From assembly GCF_006345805.1 (NCBI RefSeq), contig NC_042999.1, forward strand, positions 74,772,001 to 74,836,000: a stretch of 64,000 nucleotides of DNA, given 5' to 3'. Shown here one piece after another: positions 41,333-53,209 of this stretch (positions within the stretch are counted from its first letter, which is position 1; each line of letters begins with the position of its first letter). The translations under genes and the position numbers were made by a program. Source of the DNA: Octopus sinensis. Its lineage: Eukaryota. Below the pieces are notes generated by a model. The model was given only the letters and a program-made list of their open reading frames with translations, made no database searches and was not told where the DNA came from.

Positions 41333-41439
41333 TAACCTGAAGAGTGGCTATATTTATATTGAAGTGATTTTACTACTACTACTACTATTATTTTTACTAT
41401 TATCATTTCTTAAATATAGCCACGGAACACGTGTCGTTA
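41333..41439 (+). ncRNA. Type I hammerhead ribozyme-like motif (one core substitution)
   Basis: Stem I taac/gtta; CUGAAGA core; 13-bp stem II gtggctatattta/taaatatagccac; GGAA instead of GAAA; palindromic stem III ACACGUGU; GUC cleavage triplet. Confidence 0.7.
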
Positions 41440-41700
41440 TTCTACCAAATTTATACGTTTTATTTATCATTTTACACATTACTTAATTATCGTTATATGC
41501 TTTATCTTATATTTAATCTTTCTATAATATGTAATTTTTCTAAATGGTATAATTTAATTTTTCATTATTGAATTGATAAAAGGTGTTTTTTTTCTAATTT
41601 ACATATATATATATGATATTTTGTGAAATTTAATTTTATATTTCGAAATTGAATTTTTCCCTGTAATTTTGGAATAATATTTCCTCATACTATTATTGTT

Positions 41701-41825
<125 letters not shown>

Positions 41826-42099
41826 TACATATATATAAGTAACTCATTTTTAATTGCATATTACCTCAATACATCTGACTAATATAGGCAGAATGAGATA
41901 CCTTTATATAGAGGCTGAAACAGCTGTAGGATCAATTTTATGTGTATTATTCTTATGGTATTATTATCTTACATATTGATGTAAATTGTTTTGTTTTGTT
42001 GGATTTGGATCTTCCTATTTATGTAGTTAATAAATAATATGAATTGGTAATATTTGTAAGTCGATGATCGAAATGAATCTGTTCCTCCATTTTCTTATT

Positions 42100-42159
<60 letters not shown>

Positions 42160-42306
42160 TACATATATATATATATCTATCTATATATATATATATGCAT
42201 ATAAAGTTAATCCAAACATGAAAACACAAAGAGAAAACACAACAACGCGAGGACGTGGAACAAATATAGTATTATTGGACGCTCAGGAAGGAAGGGAAGA
42301 CGGAGG

Positions 42307-42341
42307 GTTTAACGTTTCGAGCGGAGCTCTTCGTCAGAAAC
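42307..42341 (-). ncRNA. Minimal type I hammerhead ribozyme motif
   Basis: Minus strand guuu-CUGACGA-a-gagc(ucc)gcuc-GAAAC-GUU-aaac; palindromic AACGUU stem III. Confidence 0.65.
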
Positions 42342-42437
42342 ATAGGAAAAGGAAAGATCCAGAGAAGGGAAGACGGAGAAAAAAATCGCTAACGGTACAC
42401 ACGCGGTCACATTTTGAATGTATATATATATATATAC

Positions 42438-43612
42438 ATAAAAAATAGTAAAGAGTGAAAAAACGACAGAAGGCTTAAATGTTAAAAAATATATATATTT
42501 GCGTCAATATGTCTGAAGAATATTAGAAAATTTTTTAAACAAATTTTTTTTTTTTTTTTTTCCTTTATAATGACATAATTTTTAAAGAAAGACCGGTTTC
42601 GCATTTAGCTTTTCAAATTTCTTGTGACGTTATGTTTATGTTTAATAGAGTTATCCTTGTGTTTAGGCTCCGGAGAGTTCTAAACAAGGGAAGGTAGTGG
42701 ATGATTTCTTCCGGTGTAAGGGAGATAATCGCTTAAAAATTTTTTTCCTTTCCCTTAATGTGAATTTCTCTGTACCAGTATGTTCGGATGGTTGAGTCTG
42801 GGCTTGTACTTTTCAATGAAGAATGTTTCCTTGTTTAGTCTAATTTGTGTTGATGATCCGAAAGCACATTGGTAAAATGGAAAGATTAAAAATTGTGGTA
42901 GTAGTTGCTTTGCGCATTTCTCAATGTGCTCACTAAAAGGTATCATTCTATATTCTGGGAATGCAATCTGTTGTCGATGCAGTGTGCATCTACGTCTGAG
43001 TGATAGTCCCGTGGAACCCACGTAGTCTTGGTGGCAGCCCGAGCATTTTATGACATAAATTATGTTTTCAGAGGCACAAGTAAAGTTAGATTTGATCTTG
43101 AATTTCTGTCCCTCTTTAAAGAGGAATTCTGATCCTTCTAGCAGGTTAGGACATGTTGCACAGTTCGATCTACCACATTTTTTTACTTTTGCATCCCTAA
43201 TTTCAGAAGACAATTTTGCCTTTGTGAGAATCTTTTTAAGTGATTTAGGCTGTTTGTAGCTTTTAATGATTTGGTGTATGGTACAGAGAAATTCACATTA
43301 AGAGAAACGAAAAAAATTTTTAAGCGATTATCTCCCTTACACCGGAAGAAATCACCCACTACCTTCCCTTGTTTAGAACTCTCCGGAGCTTAAACACAAG
43401 GATAACTCTATTAAACATAAACATAACGTCACAAGAAATTTGAAAAGCTAAATGCGAAACCGGTCTTTCTTTAAAAATTATGTCATTATAAAGGAAAAAA
43501 AAAAAAATTGTTTAAAAAATTTTCTAATATTCTTCAGACATATTGACGCAAATATATATATTTTTTAACATTTAAGCCTTCTGTCGTTTTTTCACTCTTT
43601 ACTATTTTTTAT
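42438..43612 (-). mobile_element. Young 5'-truncated Penelope-like element: GIY-YIG endonuclease flanked by inverted pseudo-LTRs
   Basis: ORF 42755..43213 KKCGRSNCATC...FTCASENIIYVIKC..C...YVGST...R...H...KETFFIEKYKPRLN is the typical PLE Cys linker plus GIY-YIG. Arms 42438-42777 and 43279-43612 are reverse complements. Confidence 0.92.
43433..43471 (+). ncRNA. Minimal hammerhead-like motif with U3-A8 core (mirror copy at 42585-42623, minus strand)
   Basis: aagaaa-u-UUGAAAA-gc(uaaau)gc-GAAAC-cg-GUC-uuucuu; palindromic ACCGGU stem III; lies inside the pseudo-LTR. Confidence 0.55.
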
Positions 43613-43689
43613 ATATTCACCCACGTGCTTTCACAAACCAACTTTCTTATCTATATATATACATATATATTTTCATATATATATATATA

Positions 43690-43730
<41 letters not shown>

Positions 43731-43779
43731 TATATAGACATGTATACATACATATATACATACATATATATATACATAT

Positions 43780-43843
<64 letters not shown>

Positions 43844-43845
<2 letters not shown>

Positions 43846-44070
43846 GAGGCGCAATGGCCTAGTGGTTAGGGCAGCGGACTCGCGGTCGCAGGATCGCGGT
43901 TTCGATTCTCAGACTGGGCGTTGTGTGTGTTTATTGAGCGAAAACACCTAAAAGCTCTACGAGGCTCCGGCAGGGGGTGGTGATCCCTGCTGTACTCTTT
44001 CACCACAATGGCGGTGCCCCAGCATGGCCACAGCTCAAGAGCTGAAACTGGAAAAAACAAAAACAAAAAC
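43844..44070 (+). mobile_element. tRNA-derived SINE, internally shortened
   Basis: gaggcgcaatggcctagtggttagggc A-box and ggtttcgattctc B-box; tail shares gtgccccagcatggccacagctc...gctgaaac. Confidence 0.8.
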
Positions 44071-45082
44071 AAACAAATATATATGTTTGTTGAAATGGAA
44101 AGATGAATTATCTTGTTACGGATTATTCAAAAGTTTAACCGATACCTGGGTAGCAAAAATCACAGCAGAAAAAACACGGTTGGAGTTATGACCATAGGGT
44201 GTTGCAACCGTGCGTTGGCGCGGATAATTGAAGTTTAATATAATTAGTGAATGGAAGAAATGGAGCTGAACGAAGATTCTACAGAATTCCTTTTATTACA
44301 TTCTACACATGTTTCAAAGGCCACAAATTTCCAAATTCTGATTGAATAAGGATACCATATTGCATCTTTCTCTTCAGGAAAATCCAGGAATTACGATGTC
44401 CAAACAAAACAAAAGCGCAGCAAGCAACTCGAACAAGAACGCTCCCTAGGAGCCCATGAAGTGGGTTAAACTGTTTCTCAATGTACGTTGGTAGAGGCCG
44501 ACAAAAAAGTCCGTTGGAATAAATCAAGGTCAGGCCGCGGTCAAATCTGGTAGGTGAGGAAATAATGAAAACAAGGGGTGTGAAGATATTCTGTGTAACC
44601 AAAGTTGATGCTCTGAATATTTTAAGAATTCAGGGTGTCTTATTTAGGTGCGAGAAACTACCTACCTACATGCCTGTGTGTGTATGCTAGCCTATGTATG
44701 CGTGGCCGTATGGTGGCGAGGGGCGCGAGATTGTGAGCACTACTGAAAGAAGCCGGTCAGGCGGCTGAAATAATTCTGTGTTCGTGTGTCCGTCAGTGGC
44801 CTTCTTGTCTAAATTAACCTCGGCAAAAATCAGGGGGGTATAATTCCTGCCCTTGCTTCTAAAAACCGACCAATCGCCCAAGGGGAGTAATTTCCGCTTG
44901 CAAAATTTATTCAGAGATTATTTTTCCAAAAAATTTTTTCAAAATTTTTCTTTTATTAGGATATCAAGGTGTTAATTGTCTTAGGTATCATTTATATGTA
45001 AGAAACGTATGACGCCGCCAATGGGGACATCGAAAAGCAGTCTGTAAAAGCCCGTTTACCAAACGGCCTCTGGCGAACATAT

Positions 45083-45129
<47 letters not shown>

Positions 45130-45283
45130 AATATATATATATATACATACATATATATACACATATACATATAAATATATATACATATATATATACATAT
45201 ATACATAGCCATATATACTTATATACATATACATATATACATATATATACATATATACATACATACATACATACATACATACA

Positions 45284-45317
<34 letters not shown>

Positions 45318-45400
45318 CATATATGTATATATATATTGTATTTATGGTTTCATTCACATATAAACATAGTTTGGAGGATAAAGATAAAAACAAAACTTAC

Positions 45401-45502
45401 TACTTTCGTATGAATAGTCATGCCGAATATACCATCCAAAACCGTAATAAGAGGCAATGCTATATTTGCAGATTCCATTTTGAAAGTCGCAATCAAAGGG
45501 AC
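45401..45502 (-). CDS. MAM-array gene exon: N-terminal part of MAM domain 2
   Basis: ttttctatattgttgcag acceptor, gtaagt donor; 102 nt, phase 1-1. (G)PFDCDFQNGICKYSIASYYGFGWYIRHDYSYES. Too short to appear in the ORF track. Confidence 0.9.
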
Positions 45503-46139
45503 CTGCAACAATATAGAAAAATTACACATAAGTGAAAGTTAATGCACCATAATTTGAAGAACCGAATTTTGGGGATTTCAAAACATAAATTTCTATGAAA
45601 GTTTCTTTTGCTAGTACTGAAATATTTAAAACAAAATATATAATATACTAGATTAAGTTGACCCACTCTACGCGCGGTTGAGTGTGTGGTTGTTACTTTC
45701 TGTTGCTTCCTTTCTGTTTCTTATCGCCACATTCTCCCTCTTTGTTTCTCTCTCCTTTCTCACTTTCCCACTCTCTTACTCTTCCTTTCTCTCAGACTCT
45801 CCCTCGCTTTCTCTTAATATTTATTTTTCTCTATCTATCTCTCTCCCATTTATAAAAAAATTAGATTTCCGCGTTTAAATTACAAATCCGCTTCCACTTT
45901 ACCATGTTGAAAAGTTGATTGAAATCGGGCAAAAGGTGTCCGATCTGGACCCCAAGTGTTCCCCCAAATCAATAAAATCCCAGTTTTCACACCAAAGCAT
46001 CCACTGTAGCGCCCCAAAACGTCTCCCAATCAATTTCTCACCACAAGTTACCCCCTCCTGTAAATTTTAATCCCCTTCCAGCCGCATTTAGACCCCTTTT
46101 TACATAAAAGTCCAATTTGTATCAACGTTTGCCTTCTTC

Positions 46140-46880
46140 ATTTTATAGATTAGATATTAGATGCCAATCGCGCCAATCTGGCGGGGCTTAGAGTCCCCTT
46201 GAATCGATAAAAAATCACTCTTCTCACTATAGCAACTGCATCTTTCCAGATGGCGAGTTATAACCTACTCAACTCTCTGCCTCATCACACCTTCTATGCC
46301 TGTGTCAATTTTCAGCTCGATTCGACCACTGGTCAGGCCTCCAACATCTGACGTAGCAAAATGTGCACACAGTTTTGACCCAAAGCCTTATTTATATATA
46401 TAGATAGCAGAGAAACCCGGTCTTGCTCGGGATTAAAATAGTTTATCATTGTTTTATTTGTTTCGGTATTATAACCCGATTTCATTCGGGTCTACGCGGG
46501 CCACATTTTAAAAGATGAAGAATTTTTTCCTAGAGGCCACACCTTTCAATTGAGCAAACTCAAAGCTGGCATTTTCAGCTCAATTCGACCATATTTACTA
46601 ACACTTTTGCCTGTATAACTGCTTGTGAGACAACGTCCGCCCTTTTCTCAAATATGTAGTAAACTTACAGAGATACCCGGCCTTGCTTGGGATTAAAATG
46701 GCATAGTTTTTCATTGTTTTACTTGCTTGGTTAATATAACCCGATTTCATTCGGGTCTACTCGGACCACATTTTAAAAGATGAGGAATTTTGTCCTAGAG
46801 GTCACGCCTTTCCTTTGAGGAAAAAAATAGTTGCCATTCAAACTCGCAATCACTTTTGACATAAGTGTGCATATTTTAGC
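46140..46880 (-). mobile_element. Tandem ~266-bp Helitron-like units
   Basis: Repeats cagagaaacccggtcttgctcgggattaaaat (46407) and cagagatacccggccttgcttgggattaaaat (46668), each followed by ~130 bp of shared sequence. The ttttcagctc motif recurs and matches the 21.2 and 21.8 kb copies. Confidence 0.6.
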
Positions 46881-46898
46881 TCAATCTAACCACATAAT

Positions 46899-46946
<48 letters not shown>

Positions 46947-47691
46947 TTGTGCGTATGTGTGTGTACGCATTATATATATATATACAAATGTATACAAATT
47001 ATATATATGTAAATACAGTTATATACACTTTGTATATATATACATTATATATACATATTTATATATAGATATGCACACACACACCCACACACATATAAAT
47101 TAAGCCAATAAATATATGATTCATAATATTTGTTCTCATGATTGTGTGGTGGTGGTGCGCGATAATAATTCACCGTTGTAAAAGACATGTAGCGGAAATA
47201 TTAAAACTTTTGCGACTGTTAACGCTTTCTCTCTATGAATGCAGACAGACGTAGAGAGAGAGAGAGAGAAAGAGAGAGAGAGGCGTTGCGAGAAAGAGTG
47301 ACAGAGCCGGCGAAAGTGGAGAGGGAAAGAGAGTGGACGCTGTCAAACGTCGTTATAGAGAGACAGTGTAGGGAAGGGAGGAAAGAGAGATTGAGGAAGA
47401 AAGGGTATTATACGAAAGGGAGAAACGAAAAACACTTGTCAAAGTGTGGGTTTTCTTGCCCTAGTAACCACAACTTTTGAGATAGGGATTTCTAACCAAG
47501 TCCACTCTCTTCCTCGCCACTTTTTACATGTTCCTGTAAATTTTGGAGCCAACCCGACCCCATTTAACCCGTTCCAATCGCAAAACCAGACAAACTTTTC
47601 GCATTTCAGCTTTATAGATAGAGGTTGTGAAAAGAGAAAAGGAGTGGTTCTCTTTATACTTCCAATTCAATTTTATAATGTCTCTGTCATC

Positions 47692-48150
47692 ATCATCATC
47701 ATCATCGTTTAACGTCCGCTTTCCATGCTAGCATGGGTTGGACAATTTGACTGAGGTCTGGCTCACCAGATGGCTCACCAGACTCCAATCCAATTTTGCA
47801 GAGTTTCTACGGCTGGGTGCCCTTCTTAATGCCAACCACTCCGAGAGTGTAGTGGTGCTTTTACATGTCACTGGCACGAGGGCCAGTGAGGTGGTACTGG
47901 CCGCGGCTATGCTCAAATAGTGCTTTTTATGTGCCAACTGCACAGGAGCCAGTCCAGCGGCACTGGCAATGACCTCATTTTAATGTTTTTTCACATGCCA
48001 CCGGCACAAGTGCCAGTAAGGCGACGTAGGTAACGATCACGCTCGAATGGTGCTTTTTACATGCCATTGGCACGGAGGCCAGTTTGTTGCTCTGGTAACG
48101 ATCACGCTCGTATAGTACTCTAGCACGGATACCAGTCATCGAATTTGATT
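47692..48150 (-). mobile_element. RTE LINE 3' UTR fragment with tandem units
   Basis: (CAT)n-cgtttaacgtccgctttccatgctagcatgggttgg terminus, shared with the other copies. Confidence 0.85.
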
Positions 48151-48279
48151 TCGATTAAAAAAATGGTAATAAAAGGTAAGTCATTTTTTTATGTTTAACA
48201 TACTGAAATTTAAATTTTGAATGTCAATTAATAAAAATTTGAATATCAGTTAATAAAATTAAGTAAAAGCTACACAGAT

Positions 48280-49300
48280 TGCAGAGGCAAGCTGTTTTCT
48301 GGTGTCTAGTATGCATACATATGTGTTGGTGGGTAGACCAACACATAGAAGGATGTGGCCATAATATTTGTAGTCCTTCTCAGGTAAGTAGGATTAAATT
48401 CTTAACATTCATTGAGCTTGAGCGTCTCCAAGTCAAAGCTTGCAGAATAATGCAGGCAAGGAGAAAATTCTCAAAGGTTTGTGCTCTAGTGAAGATAGCT
48501 CAGTCAAAGTATTAATTCTGGAACCTGAGCGGTAGTTGATACAGTAGAAAAGGAGAGAGAGATGTGTTGGATGAGGTAGGTAAACAAACAATTCAGAGTA
48601 ACACATCCAATCCAATCTATGGTACTGAGTTCAAATTCTTTATGGTAGGATTAGCTATTTATCCTTCAACGATCAAGAAATAAGTACTGGTAATATCCTA
48701 GATTAAAATTAATTGACAATATCCTTTTTACCTTAAAAAGAGTATATTGTTCTACAAAAAAGGGTAGCTAGAGTACAAATAACTTTTCTGTTGGGATCCC
48801 AGTCTATTTCAATTTTGATTGTTGCTGTTTCCTTTTTCTGACCCTGATATCTTTGTTAGGAAGAAGAATATAGTCTTAGCAACTTTCATGACTGCCCCAA
48901 TTTAGGTACCATGCCTACTTAAGGAAGAAAACAGGGGAATGTTTTGTTTCTACAGTTTACATGGTTAAAACTTGCAATTTATGATGTTATCCTGGATATT
49001 TAATTCACCATAGCTAGTTACATTGAAAGCCAGGTAGCTGGGAATCCCACAATCCATTGGATTATTAAGGGCCCCACTTAAAAATTTCCATTACATGTAT
49101 ATTTTGAGTGAGACAGTCTGATGAAACCTAAATCACATACAGGAGGATTTGAGCTGAACACAAATTGGTTGAGTCTCTTCATCTGCAGGTTTTCAATATT
49201 TTCAACTATTTTGCTATCACTGTGTAACTGAATACAGAAGGTTGACCAGTGTCTGTATGTGGACTAATAAAGTAATCAATGAATGAGTATAATACTCCAG
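48280..49300 (-). mobile_element. Very old CR1/L2-like LINE C-terminal remnant
   Basis: Weak translated motifs (HWSTF...IVENIENLQMKR; LETLKL); heavily decayed. Confidence 0.35.
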
Positions 49301-49559
49301 GGAAGAGAGTAGTATTTTGAAGATACTACATCCATACTGTTAAGTGAAAATAAATGATTCTAGCTGAATTAGGAAAAACTTTAGGCTCTTTAAGATACTT
49401 TGAGAATATTAAATTTCTAAGACTTTCATGTTGAAGATATAAACATTTATACCAAATTTGGTTTGTAAAGTGAGATTCTGCTTTTGCTGAAGGAATAAAA
49501 GTTATGAGATGTGCTGAGATTTTTTTCTAAGTTGAGGGAAAAAATCAATTTAAAACATC

Positions 49560-50710
49560 CTAAGTTTATCCTGGATTAGGGGCGATAAACACCACAGATG
49601 CTCAGAAAACAGATTCCATCCCACTCCAGGGGAAGAAACTAGAAGTAGTTGATAGCTTCCACTACCTAGGTGACCAAGTTAGTAGTGGGGGTGGATGCTC
49701 AGAGAGTGTTACCATTAGAATAAGAATAGCCTGGGCAAAGTTCAGAGAGCTCCTACCTCTGCTGGTAACAAAGAGCCTCTCACTCAGAGTGAAAGGTAGA
49801 CTGTATGATGCCTGAGTGCAAACTGCCATGTTTCACAGCTGTGAAACATGGACTGTGACTGCGGAGGACATGCATAGGCTCGAAAGAAATGAAGCTAATA
49901 TGATCCACCGGATGTGTAATGTCAATGTGCACACGCGGCAGAGTATAAGCACTCTGAGAGAAATGTTGGACATAAGAAGCATTGGATGTGGCATGTAAGA
50001 GAGACGTTTGTGCTGGCATGGTCATGTACTATGGATGGATGTAGAGAGATGTGTGAAGAAATGCCACTTCCAAACAGTCAAAGAAATCCAGAGTAGAGGT
50101 AGACCCAGGAAGACATGGGATAAGGTGGTCAAGCATGACCTTCGAACGTTGGGCCTCACAGAGGCAATGACGAAAGACCAAGACCTCTGGAGATATGCTG
50201 TGTCTGTGAAGACCTGGCAAATAAAGTGAGTTCATGGCTGTATCTTACACCAGTTTCGCATAACCAGCCCCAGCCCATTCAAAAGTACCTTGGATCGTAG
50301 GGTGATCTGCTGTGCTTGAGGAGACCTATTGAGTCAAGTACATCAGCATCAAAATAAAAATCAAATGGAAATTGTAGTTGTGATACCCGTACTGGTGGCA
50401 CATAAAAAGCACCATCTGAACGTGGCCAATGCCAGCACTGCCTTGGCAGGCTTCCGTGCTGGTGGTATGTAAAAAGCATCAACCGATTGTGGCCGTTTGC
50501 CAGCCTCCTCTGGCCCTTGTGCCGGTGGCACATAAAAAGCACCCACTACACTCACGTAGTGGTTGGCGTTAGGAAGGGCATCCAGCTGTAGAAACACTGC
50601 CAGATCAGACTGGAGCCTGGTGAAGCCTCCTGGCTTCCCAGACCCCGGTCAAACTGCCCAACCCATGCTAGCATGTAAAATGGACGTTAAACAATGATGA
50701 TGATGATGAT
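49560..50710 (+). mobile_element. 5'-truncated RTE LINE 3' end
   Basis: FHYLGDQVSSGGGCSES...RGRPRKTWDKVVKHDL, 3' UTR and (ATG)n tail. Confidence 0.88.
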
Positions 50711-52870
50711 TAGCTCTCTGATTACCTTCTTGAATTGTTCATACTTAGAGTTAGTAACAGATTTCAGGGCAGACAATGTAGTTATGCAGTGATATAATGT
50801 TTCAGCCATTGTTTCTCTGACCTTCCTCAAGTACTTGTCATATTTAGTAATATTCTTGAAATTTCAAACTGAACACTTTATCAAATATATGGGGGTAGAT
50901 TATTCACATTCCATTGTCAATAGGGATATTCTCTTGCTAGTTATTTTCCTGCATGTAATGTTACTTGCTTGTTTCACTTCTAAAGTACTACATTATTGCT
51001 TGACACTTAACCCGTAGGAAAATTATATCATGGAAATAAGAAATTTTAAACATAACTTTTCTTTTATAGTTATAAGCTTTAATGCTCCTTCTTAATCAAA
51101 GGCTTTCATATAATACCCAACTCTATGATAGGCCTACTGAAGAGATTATCAAAGACCAGCATATGCACTGATTCTTTCTGTTATCGTACCTTCCAGTGTC
51201 ATTTCTGTCAATTATCATTTCACTATACAAATGATCAATTACATATTCTGTTCCTCTATGCATTATAGCTTTTTGGTGTTCATCTAGCCTTATTTTTAAA
51301 GAAATTTATATATGCTACAACCCCTGCATGGCATGAAATACATAAAATTATTGGTCATGATCTCTTCTAATGGAAGCTTTGTTCTGGAGGGATGTCCTTA
51401 AAGGATAGGTTTGCTTTTGAATGCTAGTCTGATCTTATACAAAATACCTTAACGAAATTTCTATCTCTGGCCTTATCAGGAGGAAGTGAAAGTACTGCTG
51501 AGCTATATGAACTCAATAAGACCTTCAATGAACTTACCTTCTTGGATGTGCAATTGACTTGCGCAATATGTTGCAAGCCCAAGTATACTGGATAATTCTT
51601 GAATTTTGATTCCCTTCATGTTTATAGTGATCAAAGCTCATCCAGTTGTCCAGTAGTCATCCAGCCAACAAGATTCAATCAAAATTAGAAAGACTCTTCA
51701 GAGTAACAACTATTTTCAGAGTAACAACTTAAATTTCCAAAAGTTGGGATACAAGGGTTGAGAATGTCAGTAAAAAACTACCATGTCTGTCTACTAAACA
51801 TTAAAGGCATATCAACAAAACAAAAAAATTTCAGATGATCTGTGGTTCATATAACATAAGGATAGCATTCAAAAGCAGGTTTCTTTTTGGGGACATCTGT
51901 CCAGTACAAAGGCTTCACTAGGAGGGAATATGACAAATAACTATGTTTATCCTATTCCATGAATATAAAATTGATACTAGCTGTCCACTAAAAGAAAATG
52001 TTGTAAAGCTGAAATATATGAGAAGATAAAAATATCAAGCATAACTGATCATTACGGCAGGGAAAAGTTAAATTACCAACTGTTGTGGAACAAAGTCAAG
52101 ATAATAGATAAGGAACATGGACCATAAGTTGATGGAAGGAATCAGTGTATATGCTTAGCTTTGATAACTGCATCAGTAGTCCAAGCAGAAAGAAGAATAT
52201 TATATACCACTAATTAAGAAAGAACATAAAACCTACAAACACAATTAGATTTCCATTACAAATTTGTTTTATGTGACAAAGGGATAGTAAGTATAAGGGA
52301 CAAATAAATGTCACATATATGTAGTAGTTTAGCTAGCAGATATGCATTCAAGGCCAGTCAAACAATATTTGGTTCAAGTGGGACAAGTGACATCACAAGC
52401 AGAACAGCTAATATGAAAATGTCTCTGGTATGGTTAGAGAATGAGAACAATCGATCTCTCAGGACTGAATAAAAGGTTTGGTTTGAAATTCCAAGAAGGT
52501 TACCATAAATGATAGACACCCATAGACAGTCACAAAGTACAACAACTGAAACATTGTAACTATAACAAGCAAAGTAAAGACACTAGTTTGGGCATATCAG
52601 TTTATAAATAATTCCTCAGAAATTCAGAATAAAAAGATATTTGATATATCAAAATTTATTTCCTTCCTACTGATGAAAATATCATCAAAATGTCAATTCA
52701 AAAATGATTTTTTACTGAGTGGTGAGAATGATGAAATTAACTATTTAGGCTAGAGCAATACCACTTCATTTATATCTACCCAGTGATAAAGTCAATAATG
52801 GTTATATAAACAAACACTTCCAATTTAGCAAACCTTTTTACATATGAAAAATAAAATTTTAAAATATTAC

Positions 52871-53209
52871 CAGGGCATCCTTTTTCTTCAATTACCACAT
52901 TGTCTATTGCAATGTCTCCTTGGTATGAATATCCTTTTACAGCTACAAATATGATTTCACTTATGTCATTTTTAATAGGTACACATGCTTTGAGCCAGTA
53001 TTCTCCTTTATTTCCTTTCATCATCCAAACTATTTCTTCATTTGAAGATTGACTAGTGATAAATACAACATATAGTTGACCAACATGACTCCCATACATG
53101 TGGTAATCAAATTTCAGTTGTCTCCCTTTGGCATCTTTTGAAACTGGAAACCTAAGGCTTGTTGTTTCATTGTAATTTCCATAAGAAGCTTCTGCATACA
53201 TATAGTGTC
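52871..53209 (-). CDS. MAM-array gene exon: C-terminal part of MAM domain 1
   Basis: tttttttacag acceptor, gtaata donor; 339 nt, phase 1-1. GHYMYAEASYG...LKFDYHMYGSHVGQL...W.KACV...GDIAIDNV....GCP matches the MAM consensus (inside ORF 52776..53201). Confidence 0.95.

Noticed and set aside
43844-43920. tRNA gene (also the heads at 19131, 2743 and 30811)
   Set aside because: A and B boxes are present but there is no complete cloverleaf, and each continues into a SINE body and tail.
51540-51680. Candidate minus-strand exon ending in a perfect gtaagt donor
   Set aside because: No phase-1 open frame or MAM similarity, no good acceptor, and it lies in what appears to be a LINE remnant.
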